Of a stretch of 64,000 nt of DNA, positions 19,484 through 30,283 are shown in pieces. Where the stretch lies: positions 6,628-70,627 of the forward strand of contig JAYODQ010000006.1 in NCBI GenBank assembly GCA_038106355.1, given 5' to 3'. The notes beneath the pieces are model-generated. The model saw nothing but the letters and a program-made list of their open reading frames with translations, made no database searches and was not told the DNA's origin. Each line of letters starts with the position of its first letter. The first letter of the stretch is position 1. The position numbers were made by a program, and so were the translations under genes. The stretch comes from Candidatus Poseidoniales archaeon. GTDB taxonomy: Archaea; Thermoplasmatota; Poseidoniia; Poseidoniales; Poseidoniaceae.

Positions 19484-22400
19484 AGTAGGTCATCCAAAAA
19501 TGATGTGTCAATTGTTGTTGGTGCATTTTGTGGTGAGTTTTGCGTAGGCTGACTCAATTGTTGAGTGGGTTGTTGTATTGGTTGAAGAACTGGTTGAGTG
19601 GGTTGATACACCGCTCTACCAAATGCTCCTACTTGTTGGAAGGATTGAGGTTGTTCAGGTATTGAGGTGTTTTGAGCCGCTTCATAGCCTGTTTCGTTCC
19701 ATCTTGAATCCGTATCTATGCCCCATGTTGACTCTTGTAATTCCCAATCTTTGGAGACCCGCGTCGACCCTCCTGTTCCTCCGCGACCTCGAACAACGAA
19801 CACAAGGACGATGAGCAGAAGAAGTGCCAATCCAAGTGCAAGGAGCAATTCTTGGCTCAACAGGGCATTGATTGAGAACTCCGTTTCGTCTGAATCTTGG
19901 TTGTCTGTCCCGGTCGAATCCTCAACGCTATTGAGGACAACTGGTATCACTTCTTTCTCCATGCCTAAGGTATTGAACGGTGCAACAGCAATGTACCATC
20001 GTGATGTATTGACTAAATTTGGATAGTTTTCATTGTTGATGACAAATGAGGTTGCTCCCGCAACTTCAATGACGAAATCCGCTTCATCGGTACTGGAAAA
20101 ACCCTCATCCAAAATGTATATTCTCATTCCATCCACTCTGTCATCCACTGGATTTTGCCATTGTACCAAAATATCCTTCTCATCCACCCAAGATACTTTC
20201 ACATCTGTGGGTGTGCTGAGGGGGTCGTTTGCGGAAAATCCGCCATTATCAACGGATTGACCTTGAGTGACAAGGAGGTTCGATTTGTGGGCGTTGCCTG
20301 AAGCGTCAACTGCAACGACAGCAATCCAAATATCCAATCCAGCTATGATCGGAGTATCACCCGCGAGAAGTTCAATTCGGAGAGGCAATTCTGGAGCCCT
20401 GTTGAGGACCACAAGCGGTGTTGTCGGTCCGTCACCACCCACATTCACATTTGTGAATGCCCAGGTTGCACCGTAGATTTCGTAGGAGGCAATATCGGAG
20501 GCATCGGAGAGGTCGAAATCAACAAAAATCGCACTGCCATCATCGTTTGGTACATCAGAAATTACAACTGAATCAAGGCGATCAGGTGGAGTGTTATCGT
20601 TGATGTTGTCGATTGGAGTCACCGTTGCTTGTATCAAATCGTCGACATGAACGTTTCCTTTCAAGTCATGGACAGTGACCACGACGTAGAGTTTGATATC
20701 AGGCTTAATGAGTTGAGGTGTGGTAGCAAGCAGGTCTTGTCCACCGTAAAGACCAGTTGAAATGGTTAACTCAATCGGATTTGTTTTTTCGTCAATCCAT
20801 TGTTTTGAAAACGTAAAGCATCCACAGGTTTCAGCATTTGTTCCACGGGAGGCGTACAACCATGAGAGGTCACGTAATGGTTTGTCAGCAACCCAAACTG
20901 TGTAGGATGAGAAGTCGTCTGCTTCAGAAGGGGCCCATATGACATCGATTGCCGTTCCATCGTCATTGGGATGGTCAAAAGCCATGATATTGGTGATTCT
21001 ATCAGGAATCGAGCCTTGACCGACGACATTTTGGAGCGGAGTAACCGTCACGAGTGTGACAGCTGTGAGGTCAGCATTGAGCCATGCATCGTAAGCAACG
21101 ACACCCACCGCGTACATCTTTCCATCCACCAATGGAATGCCATCGAGTTGATTGATGATGACATCGGTTTCGTCACAAGGACTGACGACGGTTGCTTGTG
21201 AAAACGCGGTAACGTCACCCTGTTGAACATCGGGTAAATCCACATTCATATCCCATGGAGCCATGAACACTGCGTAGAATGAACAATCGGTCGCGGAACT
21301 TTCATTCCAACGAACGATGATTCTCCCACCTTCGTCGTTCGGAACATCTTCTGCTGAAGTTCCTTCAACTGGAGGAGGAGCCTGTTCGTCATTGAGGTCT
21401 CCTGTCGGCACAATCGGTCCGATGATGGTCACGTCTGATTTGTTTTCTTGACCCGAATCATCTTCGCAAGTAAATCCAATCCAATATGGGGTTTGAGGTG
21501 TGAGTGTAATAATCGATGTGTTGCCTTCGGTCATGTCAAATGTTGAGTGAACTTTCAATCCGATCACATCACTAAATTGTGTTTTTGACACGTACACATT
21601 GGTGGAGGCGAGGTCCAAAGCAGTGCATCGAGCCCATTCCAATTCGATTTCACCATCGGCACCATTGAGGTGAGGTTGGGCTTTTGCCCATACCGGGGGC
21701 CGCGGGATTTCGTCGGAAGGAGATGCTGGTCCAATTGGTGAAGGAATGTTCCCCCATCGCCCATCGTTGTATTTTGTGACAACAAGTGCGTAATATTCGG
21801 TGCCATCAATGAGGGTTTGTCCATTTGCAGTTGAAACATCCGTCGAAGTTCTGCTGTGGAGTGATATGATTTTATCAGGGGTCCTTTGACTTAGGTCGAG
21901 TTCAGTTGGTGCCATTGACCAAGGCCCTTGGTTGAGGAATACGTGGTATTGGGAAAAGTCAGGGTCATGTATGAGGGACCATTCGACCATCAATGTTGAA
22001 CCACCATCATCTGGACGATCGTAAATTGAACTCATTTGGATAGGTGTATCTCGGCGAATATAATCGTAACTTAATCGGATCAACATCGAACCATTTTGTG
22101 GCGATTGGAGTGTTAGTGACACATGCTGAGTATTGTTGAGTAACATTCCCGAATCGATAGCGTATTGCAAGTTTGATTGCAAATTCACATCGTTTGATAA
22201 GTTCAAAATGGCGTTGTATTTCAAATCAACAAGTTGAGTCCAAATCATGGCGTTCTCCACAGGAGAAGTAAACATGAGAGGCATGGTTGAGAATTGTATG
22301 TTGTGTGGTCCAGTAACATCACCGGCTAAATTGAGTTGCAATGGATTGGTCGAATCTATCAGTGATATCGCTTGGCCCACATGTGTTTGGGATGTGATAT

Positions 22401-25400
22401 TTCGAGCGATTGCACCTCCTGCTGTCGCCACTTGAAGCGGTTGTGCTCGTCTCAGCACGAAATCTTCGACATTGTTGTATTGCCCATTGTTTTCAAATCC
22501 AATCAATCCTTGATTGGTTGTTAACCAAAAGTGCGAAGAAGTGACGATACCTTGTCGGACTTCATTGACACCCTGAGGTGGCAAGGCTAAATTGAGAATC
22601 GAGTGAGACGAGGTTCGTGATTCGAGCATCGCGATGCCGTTGTTTGAACTGATGGTCACCAATTGGTTTCCATTACTCATAATGTCTCGTGCTGGCCACC
22701 AAGAGTTGAGATTGACAAAGCCTTGCCCCTCTTCAAAATCCCCACTGCTGCTGTTCCAGTGAATCATTTGTTGAGAGTTGAATGTCGACACATGGATGCC
22801 CCACCAATCGCTGGATAATGCAATCACAACGTTCGAGGGGAGTTGGTCAAATTTATGTGTCGAATCAACACTTGGAGGTGAAGTTCCAATGTCAAGAATA
22901 CTTACGCCAGGTCGCTCATCACCGCGCCCATCGTGTGAAACAAGGAGGCTGATTGAACCATCCGGATTTGTTCTCGGAGCAAACATCCATGAGGAGTCGC
23001 CATCAAGACCCTGAGCTTGCCCAATGGTTTGCAATTGAACTGACCCTTCATCAAATTCAACAATTCCGTCGGCCGTAGCGAAGTACACAAGGGAACCCTG
23101 TCCAGTTCCAGAACCGCCAACATACACATCGTTGACCACGGCGGCAGGCAAGCCATCAGCAGTGGTGATGGAATCCTCCCAATCTGCCGTTGAGTAGTTC
23201 CAAACGCCTACACCATTGTCGGTGGCGATGTACATGTGCGTTGAACTCGAACCGAAACCATTGACAATATTGGAGGGCAAACCTGCAATGAGTCTTCCTG
23301 TTGTGAAGGATTGTGAACCAAGATTGAATCGTTGAACTCCGGGGCTTGAACCAGATTGTGCTGCAAGTCCGATCACAAGTTCATTCCCATATCGGACAAT
23401 TCCGTCAAGATTTTCATGTAGTCCACCATTGATTTTTTGCAACTGTCCACTCGAAGATAGTTTAAACAGTCCATTTTGAATCGTTGAAAAGTAAATATCT
23501 GAATTGACCATTTCTGCATCATAAGCCACTGCACGACCGGGGAACGTCCATCCATAATCCCATTCAATGGTTCCGTTTTGCAAGAAATGACCTTTGAGAA
23601 CTCCGGTTGCAGCAAATGAATTTCCAGAACCACCATTGGTGGGGCGTGTGGTGACATAAACATGTGTTGAATTTCCCGTGATGGTACCCAACTGTCCACT
23701 TACGATACCAGGTAAGTCGAGCAAGACTTGTTCTCCAAGAATTGAAATGTTTGACACTCGACTGTACCCAGAAGAACCTCCCGCTTGGCCCATTAACCAA
23801 GATGAGCCAAGCCACTGGAATGATGTCGCAGAAGATCCCCCTCCCCGAACTGTTGCTTGACCAGTTGTTGCTCCGTTCGAGGTGAAAATTGAATATCCAC
23901 CAGCAATATCGTTACCGACGCCATGCCCAACAATCAGGCGTCCATTTGCCCAATCCAATCCGTCGTACCAAACGAGGTCTGAAGGCAATCCGTTTGCTGA
24001 GGTTGTGATTTGATTGAGCCATTGTTGAGTGGAATAACTGTATTTCGAAATACCCTGGTTGTTGTTGTAAAATCCAACATACAACGTTTGCGATGAATCA
24101 CATGCAACAGAAGCGACACCGAATCCACCAAAGTCAGAACGTTGGAACGGTGATACTGTGCTGGACTGGTTGTTGTTGATATTGAAACGTGCAATGGAAC
24201 CCGTGCCTTGGTACATCGCCATGTGGAGATATCCACCGCACATCGTGGCAGACATAGGATAACCATTCGGAATGTTGTTGGATTGACTGCTTCGATGAAG
24301 TGTCGTGATGTTCGTAATTCCGTTGATGTGTGTGACTACGCCTTCTTGGAAGAAATCTCCACCTCCAAAGTTCCCGTAAATACCACCGCCGATGATAAGA
24401 TGATTTCCATCGGTCCACAATTCAAAGAAATGCGAACCAGCATTATTTGGAAGGCCATTTCCTTCTGTCCATGTCGAGAGCCATTGTGAGTTTTGTTCAT
24501 CGTATCGAAGTATTCCATCTTCAGATGCTAACAACGTTGTTCCTTTCCATTCAACAATACCTCGAATGGGGAAATCAAACTGAGTCCAAGTACCGATGAG
24601 CGTATAGGTCGAGTCATAAAGTTCGAGTTTTGTTTCACCCCAAGCCACCCACGTGTTCCCGTAACTACTTTTGTACGCAGTGACGCGGTCGACCTGACCT
24701 TCGGGGAATACACTCGTTCCCCAAGAATTGTTTGATGTATTCCATAAAGCGAGACCGCCTGAACCCTCAGCATTCCACCACTGTCCTGAGGCTACTGAAG
24801 CGATAATGATGTCTCCAATCAGGCCGAGCCCGTAGATCACACCACCATTTTCGTTGACTTGAGGACCGGCATCAAGCAATGTCATTTGACTAAAGTTGGC
24901 GACATCAATTCGACCAATTGAATCTGAATTGTCACTTCTGTAATACATGACATTGTTGTGAAGAACCATTTGATACGGCTCAGAGGTTCCAGTGTAGAGG
25001 TTACTGTTTCGCTCAATATCGTAGACTTCCAAACCAGATGTGACATTGATCAGTTGGAAACCATCTCCTCCTCCAACCCAAAGATGATTCGGCCGGATAT
25101 CAGCGACAAGACCAGACACATCTTCGTTCCCATTGTCGAGTACATTGTCGAGTGTGTACGGTGTCAGCCATTGGTTTGTCGAAAGATCGTATCGAAGAAC
25201 ACCGAAACCATTGATTCCAATGTACGCAATGTTTCCAATAATCTCAACCACTGCATTACCTGATTGACCAAAATCGTTTTCCCAATTTTCTGACCATGTA
25301 AACGATGACTTGTCGATGAGGCCAGCACCACTCACAGTGCCGCCAAAGACGGTCGTTGCATTGGTTCCTACACTGTAGACTGCCCAGTTTGGCATTCCAT

Positions 25401-27816
25401 CCTGTTGGTTAATACAATCCTGCACTGCAAGGGTGCTCAATGTGTATTTGCACAGACCAATGTTTGTTCCAGCGTAAATGGCACTTCCCTCGACCATGAG
25501 GTCAAAGAATTGCGAGGGTCGGGTGCTCCAACTGCTTCCCAAACCGAAGGATGACACTGATTGACCATCCCATTTACGTGCCCCCTGTTGAGTTCCAATG
25601 TACAAATTACTTCCATCCGAAGCGAGAGCATAGACATTCGCTGATGGAAGGATAGCGAATCGATTACCACTGTTACCTTGTGCGGTCACCAAAGGTTGAA
25701 TGATTTCATTGAGAGAAAGGTCTTTTCGGGCAATACCAAATCCAGGTAATCCCAAGTGAAGGATGTCACCCATGATGGCTACCGGAGCAAAGTCAACCCC
25801 ATTCACACCAGTGGAGGCCCAAGGTTGTAAGAATGAGGTGGAGCTGATATTGTAACGTAAGACCCCTTCATCTTCTGATGCAATGTAAATGATTTGGTTG
25901 TGAATTGCAACATCGAGAAGGAAGGATGAATCAAGGCCGTTCTGTGTGTTAAACACATTCCAGCCCGAATTTGCGGACGTGTGGTCGATGTAAGCCATCA
26001 CACCTGAAGCAACGATCACCAAATTCGTTGAATCCACTGCACATCCTGAAAGTCGAGAACCGGTTTGCTGACTGCTTGAGTAAAATGTTTGAACTTGTCC
26101 TGAGGAAGAAACCTTTGAGACATCGCCATTTTCAAAGCATACAAAGATAGATTGTCCATCGGTTCGAAGAAAAGCGATATTGTTTTGATTTTGACTTCCC
26201 AAATTCGAAAAAGGAGAATCCCATTGGGCTGATGCAACATTGTATCGGTTGATGAGGCCCTCTGCACCGACATAAACGATGCCGTTTAATTCCACAATTC
26301 CCGTCATGTCGCCCGATGTTGGGCCGCTTGCGAGAACAATTTCAACATAAGATGAACTTCGGTCGGCGTTAAATGCAATCAATCGACCCGAACCATCGTC
26401 GATGAGCACCGGAGACCACGATGGGCCAAACTCGCCACCGGCAGGCCAAGAGAGAAGGCTTTGCCCATCACCTAAGAGTCCGAAGGTCGATGACAATCCG
26501 TAATTTCCACCACTCACAAAAACACCGCTTGTGAGGTTGTAGGTTTGGAGATTTTTTCCGTTCAAAATGTACAGGGTACTTGAATTGAGAGCAAGGCCAC
26601 CGACATAGTTTGAAGACAACCAATTCCCACTATTCCAACTTGAAAGCCAAAATCCAGAATTCCAATCGTATCGTCCAATTCCACTGTCATGCGATGCCAT
26701 GAAAATTTGGTTACCAACCACAAGAAAATTTGTTACTGAATCAGAGTGAAGGTTATTTGCAGTTGACCATTGGAACTTGACATTGCCACTTGTTGTATTG
26801 ATGGCTTGAACACCAAGATTTGCATGTGAAACATAAAGAACGCCGTTGTGGACAAGCATGGCAAGACCATCGTTAGGGCCAGAATTTTGCTGACCACTTG
26901 TCACCCAAGTTGAGGTTGTATTGGTCTGTTGAAGCGATGCTACGCCACCCGAATATGCAGCCCACCAAGTTTGACCATCGTGAATAAATTTGTTGAAATC
27001 ATAATTCGTTGGAGCATGTGGCAGACCATTTTGAATTGAATTATCATAAAGCGATAATCCAGAAAAATTTCCATCTTCGTGGAGGATGTGCAAAAGACCA
27101 CTCGACGCCTCAAGTTCAAGGTCGAGAATTCGTTCTTTTTGGAAATCGATCACATCAAGAATCGATGATGTCGTTCCGTCAAAGCCTAAGACGAGAATCG
27201 ATGTTCCAATCGCCATATACATCTTGTTATCGTTCACATCTCGTTCCGTATCAGTGATTTGGACGGTCACTTCCCGGAGTGAAATTGCAGGGTCTGCAGG
27301 AGAGAGTGCTTCAATAATCATCGTTGTAATTTCAGCATCGGTGGGGATTGTCACTTGTGCACCAGAATAACTATTCGGACTGAGTTGGCCTGATGCTGTT
27401 GAGGATGCAGGTGAACCATCGAACACATTTGTTTGACCGAGTGACCCCCAACCCCTCATGTCGACAATGTTGGCATTGTTTTGTTGTCCAAGGAAAAGAT
27501 GTGGTTCATCGATAATAATTCCATCTTGGCCACGGACTTGGATTTCGAGGTTGACATTTGAAACTTCAGCACCAGGAGCAAAGGTAAGATTCCAAGTCGC
27601 AGAAGCCTTTGTTCCCACAGCGGGATTTGCACCCGTTGTGGTCAATTGAACCCATCCTGTGTCGTTGCTTCCTTCTGTGGGCCATACGACATCTCCGGGC
27701 ACAGAATGTGCTTGAACAGGGGTGATGAGACCGAGTGGAATCGTGGTACTCAAGACCATAATGGCAATCATCAAAACGGCTGAAAACGCTTTGTTGTTCG
27801 GAGAGCGCTCCATCAT
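19480..27816 (-). CDS. Giant (2778 aa) cell-surface protein: signal peptide, multiple beta-propellers, FN3-like repeats, C-terminal TM and Q/P-rich tail
   Basis: N-terminal signal; recurring (N/D)GLP(S/N)(N/D)-type propeller blades; DxP(N/D)DxG-led FN3-like units; TM LLLALGLALLLLIVLVFVV followed by RGR. Confidence 0.85.
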   Translation of the reverse strand: MMERSPNNKAFSAVLMIAIMVLSTTIPLGLITPVQAHSVPGDVVWPTEGSNDTGWVQLTTTGANPAVGTKASATWNLTFAPGAEVSNVNLEIQVRGQDGIIIDEPHLFLGQQNNANIVDMRGWGSLGQTNVFDGSPASSTASGQLSPNSYSGAQVTIPTDAEITTMIIEALSPADPAISLREVTVQITDTERDVNDNKMYMAIGTSILVLGFDGTTSSILDVIDFQKERILDLELEASSGLLHILHEDGNFSGLSLYDNSIQNGLPHAPTNYDFNKFIHDGQTWWAAYSGGVASLQQTNTTSTWVTSGQQNSGPNDGLAMLVHNGVLYVSHANLGVQAINTTSGNVKFQWSTANNLHSDSVTNFLVVGNQIFMASHDSGIGRYDWNSGFWLSSWNSGNWLSSNYVGGLALNSSTLYILNGKNLQTYNLTSGVFVSGGNYGLSSTFGLLGDGQSLLSWPAGGEFGPSWSPVLIDDGSGRLIAFNADRSSSYVEIVLASGPTSGDMTGIVELNGIVYVGAEGLINRYNVASAQWDSPFSNLGSQNQNNIAFLRTDGQSIFVCFENGDVSKVSSSGQVQTFYSSSQQTGSRLSGCAVDSTNLVIVASGVMAYIDHTSANSGWNVFNTQNGLDSSFLLDVAIHNQIIYIASEDEGVLRYNISSTSFLQPWASTGVNGVDFAPVAIMGDILHLGLPGFGIARKDLSLNEIIQPLVTAQGNSGNRFAILPSANVYALASDGSNLYIGTQQGARKWDGQSVSSFGLGSSWSTRPSQFFDLMVEGSAIYAGTNIGLCKYTLSTLAVQDCINQQDGMPNWAVYSVGTNATTVFGGTVSGAGLIDKSSFTWSENWENDFGQSGNAVVEIIGNIAYIGINGFGVLRYDLSTNQWLTPYTLDNVLDNGNEDVSGLVADIRPNHLWVGGGDGFQLINVTSGLEVYDIERNSNLYTGTSEPYQMVLHNNVMYYRSDNSDSIGRIDVANFSQMTLLDAGPQVNENGGVIYGLGLIGDIIIASVASGQWWNAEGSGGLALWNTSNNSWGTSVFPEGQVDRVTAYKSSYGNTWVAWGETKLELYDSTYTLIGTWTQFDFPIRGIVEWKGTTLLASEDGILRYDEQNSQWLSTWTEGNGLPNNAGSHFFELWTDGNHLIIGGGIYGNFGGGDFFQEGVVTHINGITNITTLHRSSQSNNIPNGYPMSATMCGGYLHMAMYQGTGSIARFNINNNQSSTVSPFQRSDFGGFGVASVACDSSQTLYVGFYNNNQGISKYSYSTQQWLNQITTSANGLPSDLVWYDGLDWANGRLIVGHGVGNDIAGGYSIFTSNGATTGQATVRGGGSSATSFQWLGSSWLMGQAGGSSGYSRVSNISILGEQVLLDLPGIVSGQLGTITGNSTHVYVTTRPTNGGSGNSFAATGVLKGHFLQNGTIEWDYGWTFPGRAVAYDAEMVNSDIYFSTIQNGLFKLSSSGQLQKINGGLHENLDGIVRYGNELVIGLAAQSGSSPGVQRFNLGSQSFTTGRLIAGLPSNIVNGFGSSSTHMYIATDNGVGVWNYSTADWEDSITTADGLPAAVVNDVYVGGSGTGQGSLVYFATADGIVEFDEGSVQLQTIGQAQGLDGDSSWMFAPRTNPDGSISLLVSHDGRGDERPGVSILDIGTSPPSVDSTHKFDQLPSNVVIALSSDWWGIHVSTFNSQQMIHWNSSSGDFEEGQGFVNLNSWWPARDIMSNGNQLVTISSNNGIAMLESRTSSHSILNLALPPQGVNEVRQGIVTSSHFWLTTNQGLIGFENNGQYNNVEDFVLRRAQPLQVATAGGAIARNITSQTHVGQAISLIDSTNPLQLNLAGDVTGPHNIQFSTMPLMFTSPVENAMIWTQLVDLKYNAILNLSNDVNLQSNLQYAIDSGMLLNNTQHVSLTLQSPQNGSMLIRLSYDYIRRDTPIQMSSIYDRPDDGGSTLMVEWSLIHDPDFSQYHVFLNQGPWSMAPTELDLSQRTPDKIISLHSRTSTDVSTANGQTLIDGTEYYALVVTKYNDGRWGNIPSPIGPASPSDEIPRPPVWAKAQPHLNGADGEIELEWARCTALDLASTNVYVSKTQFSDVIGLKVHSTFDMTEGNTSIITLTPQTPYWIGFTCEDDSGQENKSDVTIIGPIVPTGDLNDEQAPPPVEGTSAEDVPNDEGGRIIVRWNESSATDCSFYAVFMAPWDMNVDLPDVQQGDVTAFSQATVVSPCDETDVIINQLDGIPLVDGKMYAVGVVAYDAWLNADLTAVTLVTVTPLQNVVGQGSIPDRITNIMAFDHPNDDGTAIDVIWAPSEADDFSSYTVWVADKPLRDLSWLYASRGTNAETCGCFTFSKQWIDEKTNPIELTISTGLYGGQDLLATTPQLIKPDIKLYVVVTVHDLKGNVHVDDLIQATVTPIDNINDNTPPDRLDSVVISDVPNDDGSAIFVDFDLSDASDIASYEIYGATWAFTNVNVGGDGPTTPLVVLNRAPELPLRIELLAGDTPIIAGLDIWIAVVAVDASGNAHKSNLLVTQGQSVDNGGFSANDPLSTPTDVKVSWVDEKDILVQWQNPVDDRVDGMRIYILDEGFSSTDEADFVIEVAGATSFVINNENYPNLVNTSRWYIAVAPFNTLGMEKEVIPVVLNSVEDSTGTDNQDSDETEFSINALLSQELLLALGLALLLLIVLVFVVRGRGGTGGSTRVSKDWELQESTWGIDTDSRWNETGYEAAQNTSIPEQPQSFQQVGAFGRAVYQPTQPVLQPIQQPTQQLSQPTQNSPQNAPTTIDTSFLDDLL

Positions 27817-27973
27817 GAAAAAATTTGCAGTCTAATGATATTTGAAGCCATTCCCTCACTGACTCTTTTTTTCTTCGTGAACATCACATCAAATCGATAG
27901 AAACGCATTGGTTCTCATCATTCATTCGCAAGCCTCATACATGAAGTATGCACGGGTTTTGAAAAGTGATGCT

Positions 27974-30283
27974 ATGAATCGACGACAGAAAGAATCTCGA
28001 CTCAAAAAAGAAGCATTGGAATACCACGAAGCAGAACCTCGTGGTAAAATCAAGGTTGTACCTACAAAACCTCATTCCACATCTCACGAATTAAGTTTGG
28101 CTTACTCACCAGGCGTTGCATATCCTTGTCTTGAAATTGCAAAAGAACCAGAGAATGCCTACAAGTATACATCCAAAGGAAATCTTGTCGCCGTCATCAG
28201 CAATGGAACTGCCGTTTTAGGTTTGGGAAATATAGGGCCTCTCGCAAGCAAACCCGTCATGGAAGGAAAAGGCCTTCTTCTCAAGACATTTGCGGGCATT
28301 GATGTGTTTGACATCGAAGTCAATACAGAAGATCCAGATGAATTTGTAAACACGGTTGTGAATATTTCGAAAACATTTGGTGGAATTAACCTTGAGGACA
28401 TCAAAGCCCCGGAATGTTTTGAAATTGAAAAGAGAATTGCCGAAGCAACAGACATTCCAGTCATGCATGACGACCAACATGGAACTGCGATTATTTCTGG
28501 TGCAGCTCTTCTTAATGCTTGTGAACTACAAGGGAAAAAGCTGGACGACGTCAAGGTCGTAGTGGTCGGCGCAGGTGCGTCTGCAATTGCCTGTGCCACT
28601 CATTATGTGGCCCTCGGCGTGAACATGAGCAACATCACAATGGTTGATAGTCAAGGCATCGTAACGAAAAACCGCGTTCAAAAAGGCGAAGTGAATGAGT
28701 ACAAACAACCCTTTGCTCAAGACCGAAAGGATGGTGACCTAAGTGAGGCACTTGAAGGTGCAGATGTGCTTCTTGGCCTCTCAAAAGGCGGATTGGTGTC
28801 CAAGGACATGGTAGCAAAGATGGCTGCGAAACCTATCGTTTTTGCCTTAGCCAACCCCACCCCGGAAATTACCCCCGAGGAGGTCATGAAAGTACGGAAG
28901 GATGCTATTGTGGCGACAGGTCGGTCCGACTATCCGAATCAAGTGAACAATGTTCTCGGATTCCCTTACATTTTCCGAGGTGCTCTTGATGTACGGGCGA
29001 GAGATATCACCCAAAATATGAAGATGGCGGCAACAAAAGCTCTAGCACAATTGGCAAAAGAACCCGTTCCCGATTACATATCAGAAGCCTACGACGGCGT
29101 TACCATGCAATATGGTCCGGAATACATTATACCAAAACCATTTGATCGACGAGTCTTGATTTGGGAAGCAGCAGCCGTAGCCCAAGCGGCAATTGACGAA
29201 GGGATCACTGGTGTGACAGCAGAGGAGTTTGACTTCAAAGAATATCAAGAACAACTTGAGGCAAGGCTTGGAGAAACGTATTCTGTGATGCGACAAGTCA
29301 TCAATCAAGTGCGAAGGAAAAACAAGAAAATTGTATTCCCAGAAGGGGACAATGAGAAAGTCATACGTGCAGCTGCACAACTGCATGAGGAGAAAATCTG
29401 CCACCCAATTTTACTTGGAAAGGTCGATAGAATTCATAAGATGGTGGAAGATTTAGGATTACATTTTGAGTATGAAGTCTATGATCCACCGAATGATCCA
29501 AGGCGAAAAACAACGTATGCAGAAGCATTTTTCAAAAGACGTCAGAGGAAAGGAATTACGTTAGCAGATGCCCAACGAATGATGAGAAGTAGGCCGTATT
29601 TTGCAAGTCAAATGGTGATGCAAGGTGATGCAGATGGTTTCGTTGGAGGCGTGAGCCGAAATTATGCTGATGTCTTGCGACCAACGCTTGAATCAATTGG
29701 AAAGAGCAACAACAGTCATTGTGTTATTGGATGCTATATGATGAACATCAAAGGAAAAACAATATTTCTTGCTGATGCAACAGTCAATGTTTACCCTGAT
29801 GAGAGAACGCTTGCTGAAATCGCTGTTCAAACAGCGAAGGTGGCAAGGCGTTTTGGTGTGAGTCCACGGGTAGCCATGCTTTCGTTTTCGAATTTTGGTT
29901 CGACAAGAGAAATTCGAACGAATCGAATTGAAAAAGCACTTCAAATTGCAAAAGAATTGGACCCTACTCTTGTGATTGACGGTCCAATGCAAGCAGATAC
30001 AGCGCTCAACGTAGATGTTCAACAAGAATATCCATTCATGGCTTTTAGTGGCCCTGCCAATGTCCTCATTTTACCAAATTTGGCAGCTGCCAATATCGCC
30101 TATAAATTGCTTGAAGAATTGGGGGATGCTGAAACAACTGGCCCGATTCTTGAAGGTATGCAGTGTCCAGTACAACTCGTTGCACAACAAGATGGTGTGA
30201 GGCATATCTTCAACATGGCAACTATTTGCGTTGCAGATGCTATCCGAAAGGAATCAATATGGGATCAATTCTCACCGGAATAA
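27974..30283 (+). CDS. maeB: NADP-dependent malic enzyme with phosphotransacetylase-like domain
   Basis: LSLAYSPGVA, NGTAVLGLGNIG, KPVMEGK, INLEDI, HDDQHGT, GAGASA, ATGRSDYPNQVNN; PTA domain IVFPEG, VAMLSFSNFGS, DGPMQAD. Confidence 0.95.
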   Translation: MNRRQKESRLKKEALEYHEAEPRGKIKVVPTKPHSTSHELSLAYSPGVAYPCLEIAKEPENAYKYTSKGNLVAVISNGTAVLGLGNIGPLASKPVMEGKGLLLKTFAGIDVFDIEVNTEDPDEFVNTVVNISKTFGGINLEDIKAPECFEIEKRIAEATDIPVMHDDQHGTAIISGAALLNACELQGKKLDDVKVVVVGAGASAIACATHYVALGVNMSNITMVDSQGIVTKNRVQKGEVNEYKQPFAQDRKDGDLSEALEGADVLLGLSKGGLVSKDMVAKMAAKPIVFALANPTPEITPEEVMKVRKDAIVATGRSDYPNQVNNVLGFPYIFRGALDVRARDITQNMKMAATKALAQLAKEPVPDYISEAYDGVTMQYGPEYIIPKPFDRRVLIWEAAAVAQAAIDEGITGVTAEEFDFKEYQEQLEARLGETYSVMRQVINQVRRKNKKIVFPEGDNEKVIRAAAQLHEEKICHPILLGKVDRIHKMVEDLGLHFEYEVYDPPNDPRRKTTYAEAFFKRRQRKGITLADAQRMMRSRPYFASQMVMQGDADGFVGGVSRNYADVLRPTLESIGKSNNSHCVIGCYMMNIKGKTIFLADATVNVYPDERTLAEIAVQTAKVARRFGVSPRVAMLSFSNFGSTREIRTNRIEKALQIAKELDPTLVIDGPMQADTALNVDVQQEYPFMAFSGPANVLILPNLAAANIAYKLLEELGDAETTGPILEGMQCPVQLVAQQDGVRHIFNMATICVADAIRKESIWDQFSPE

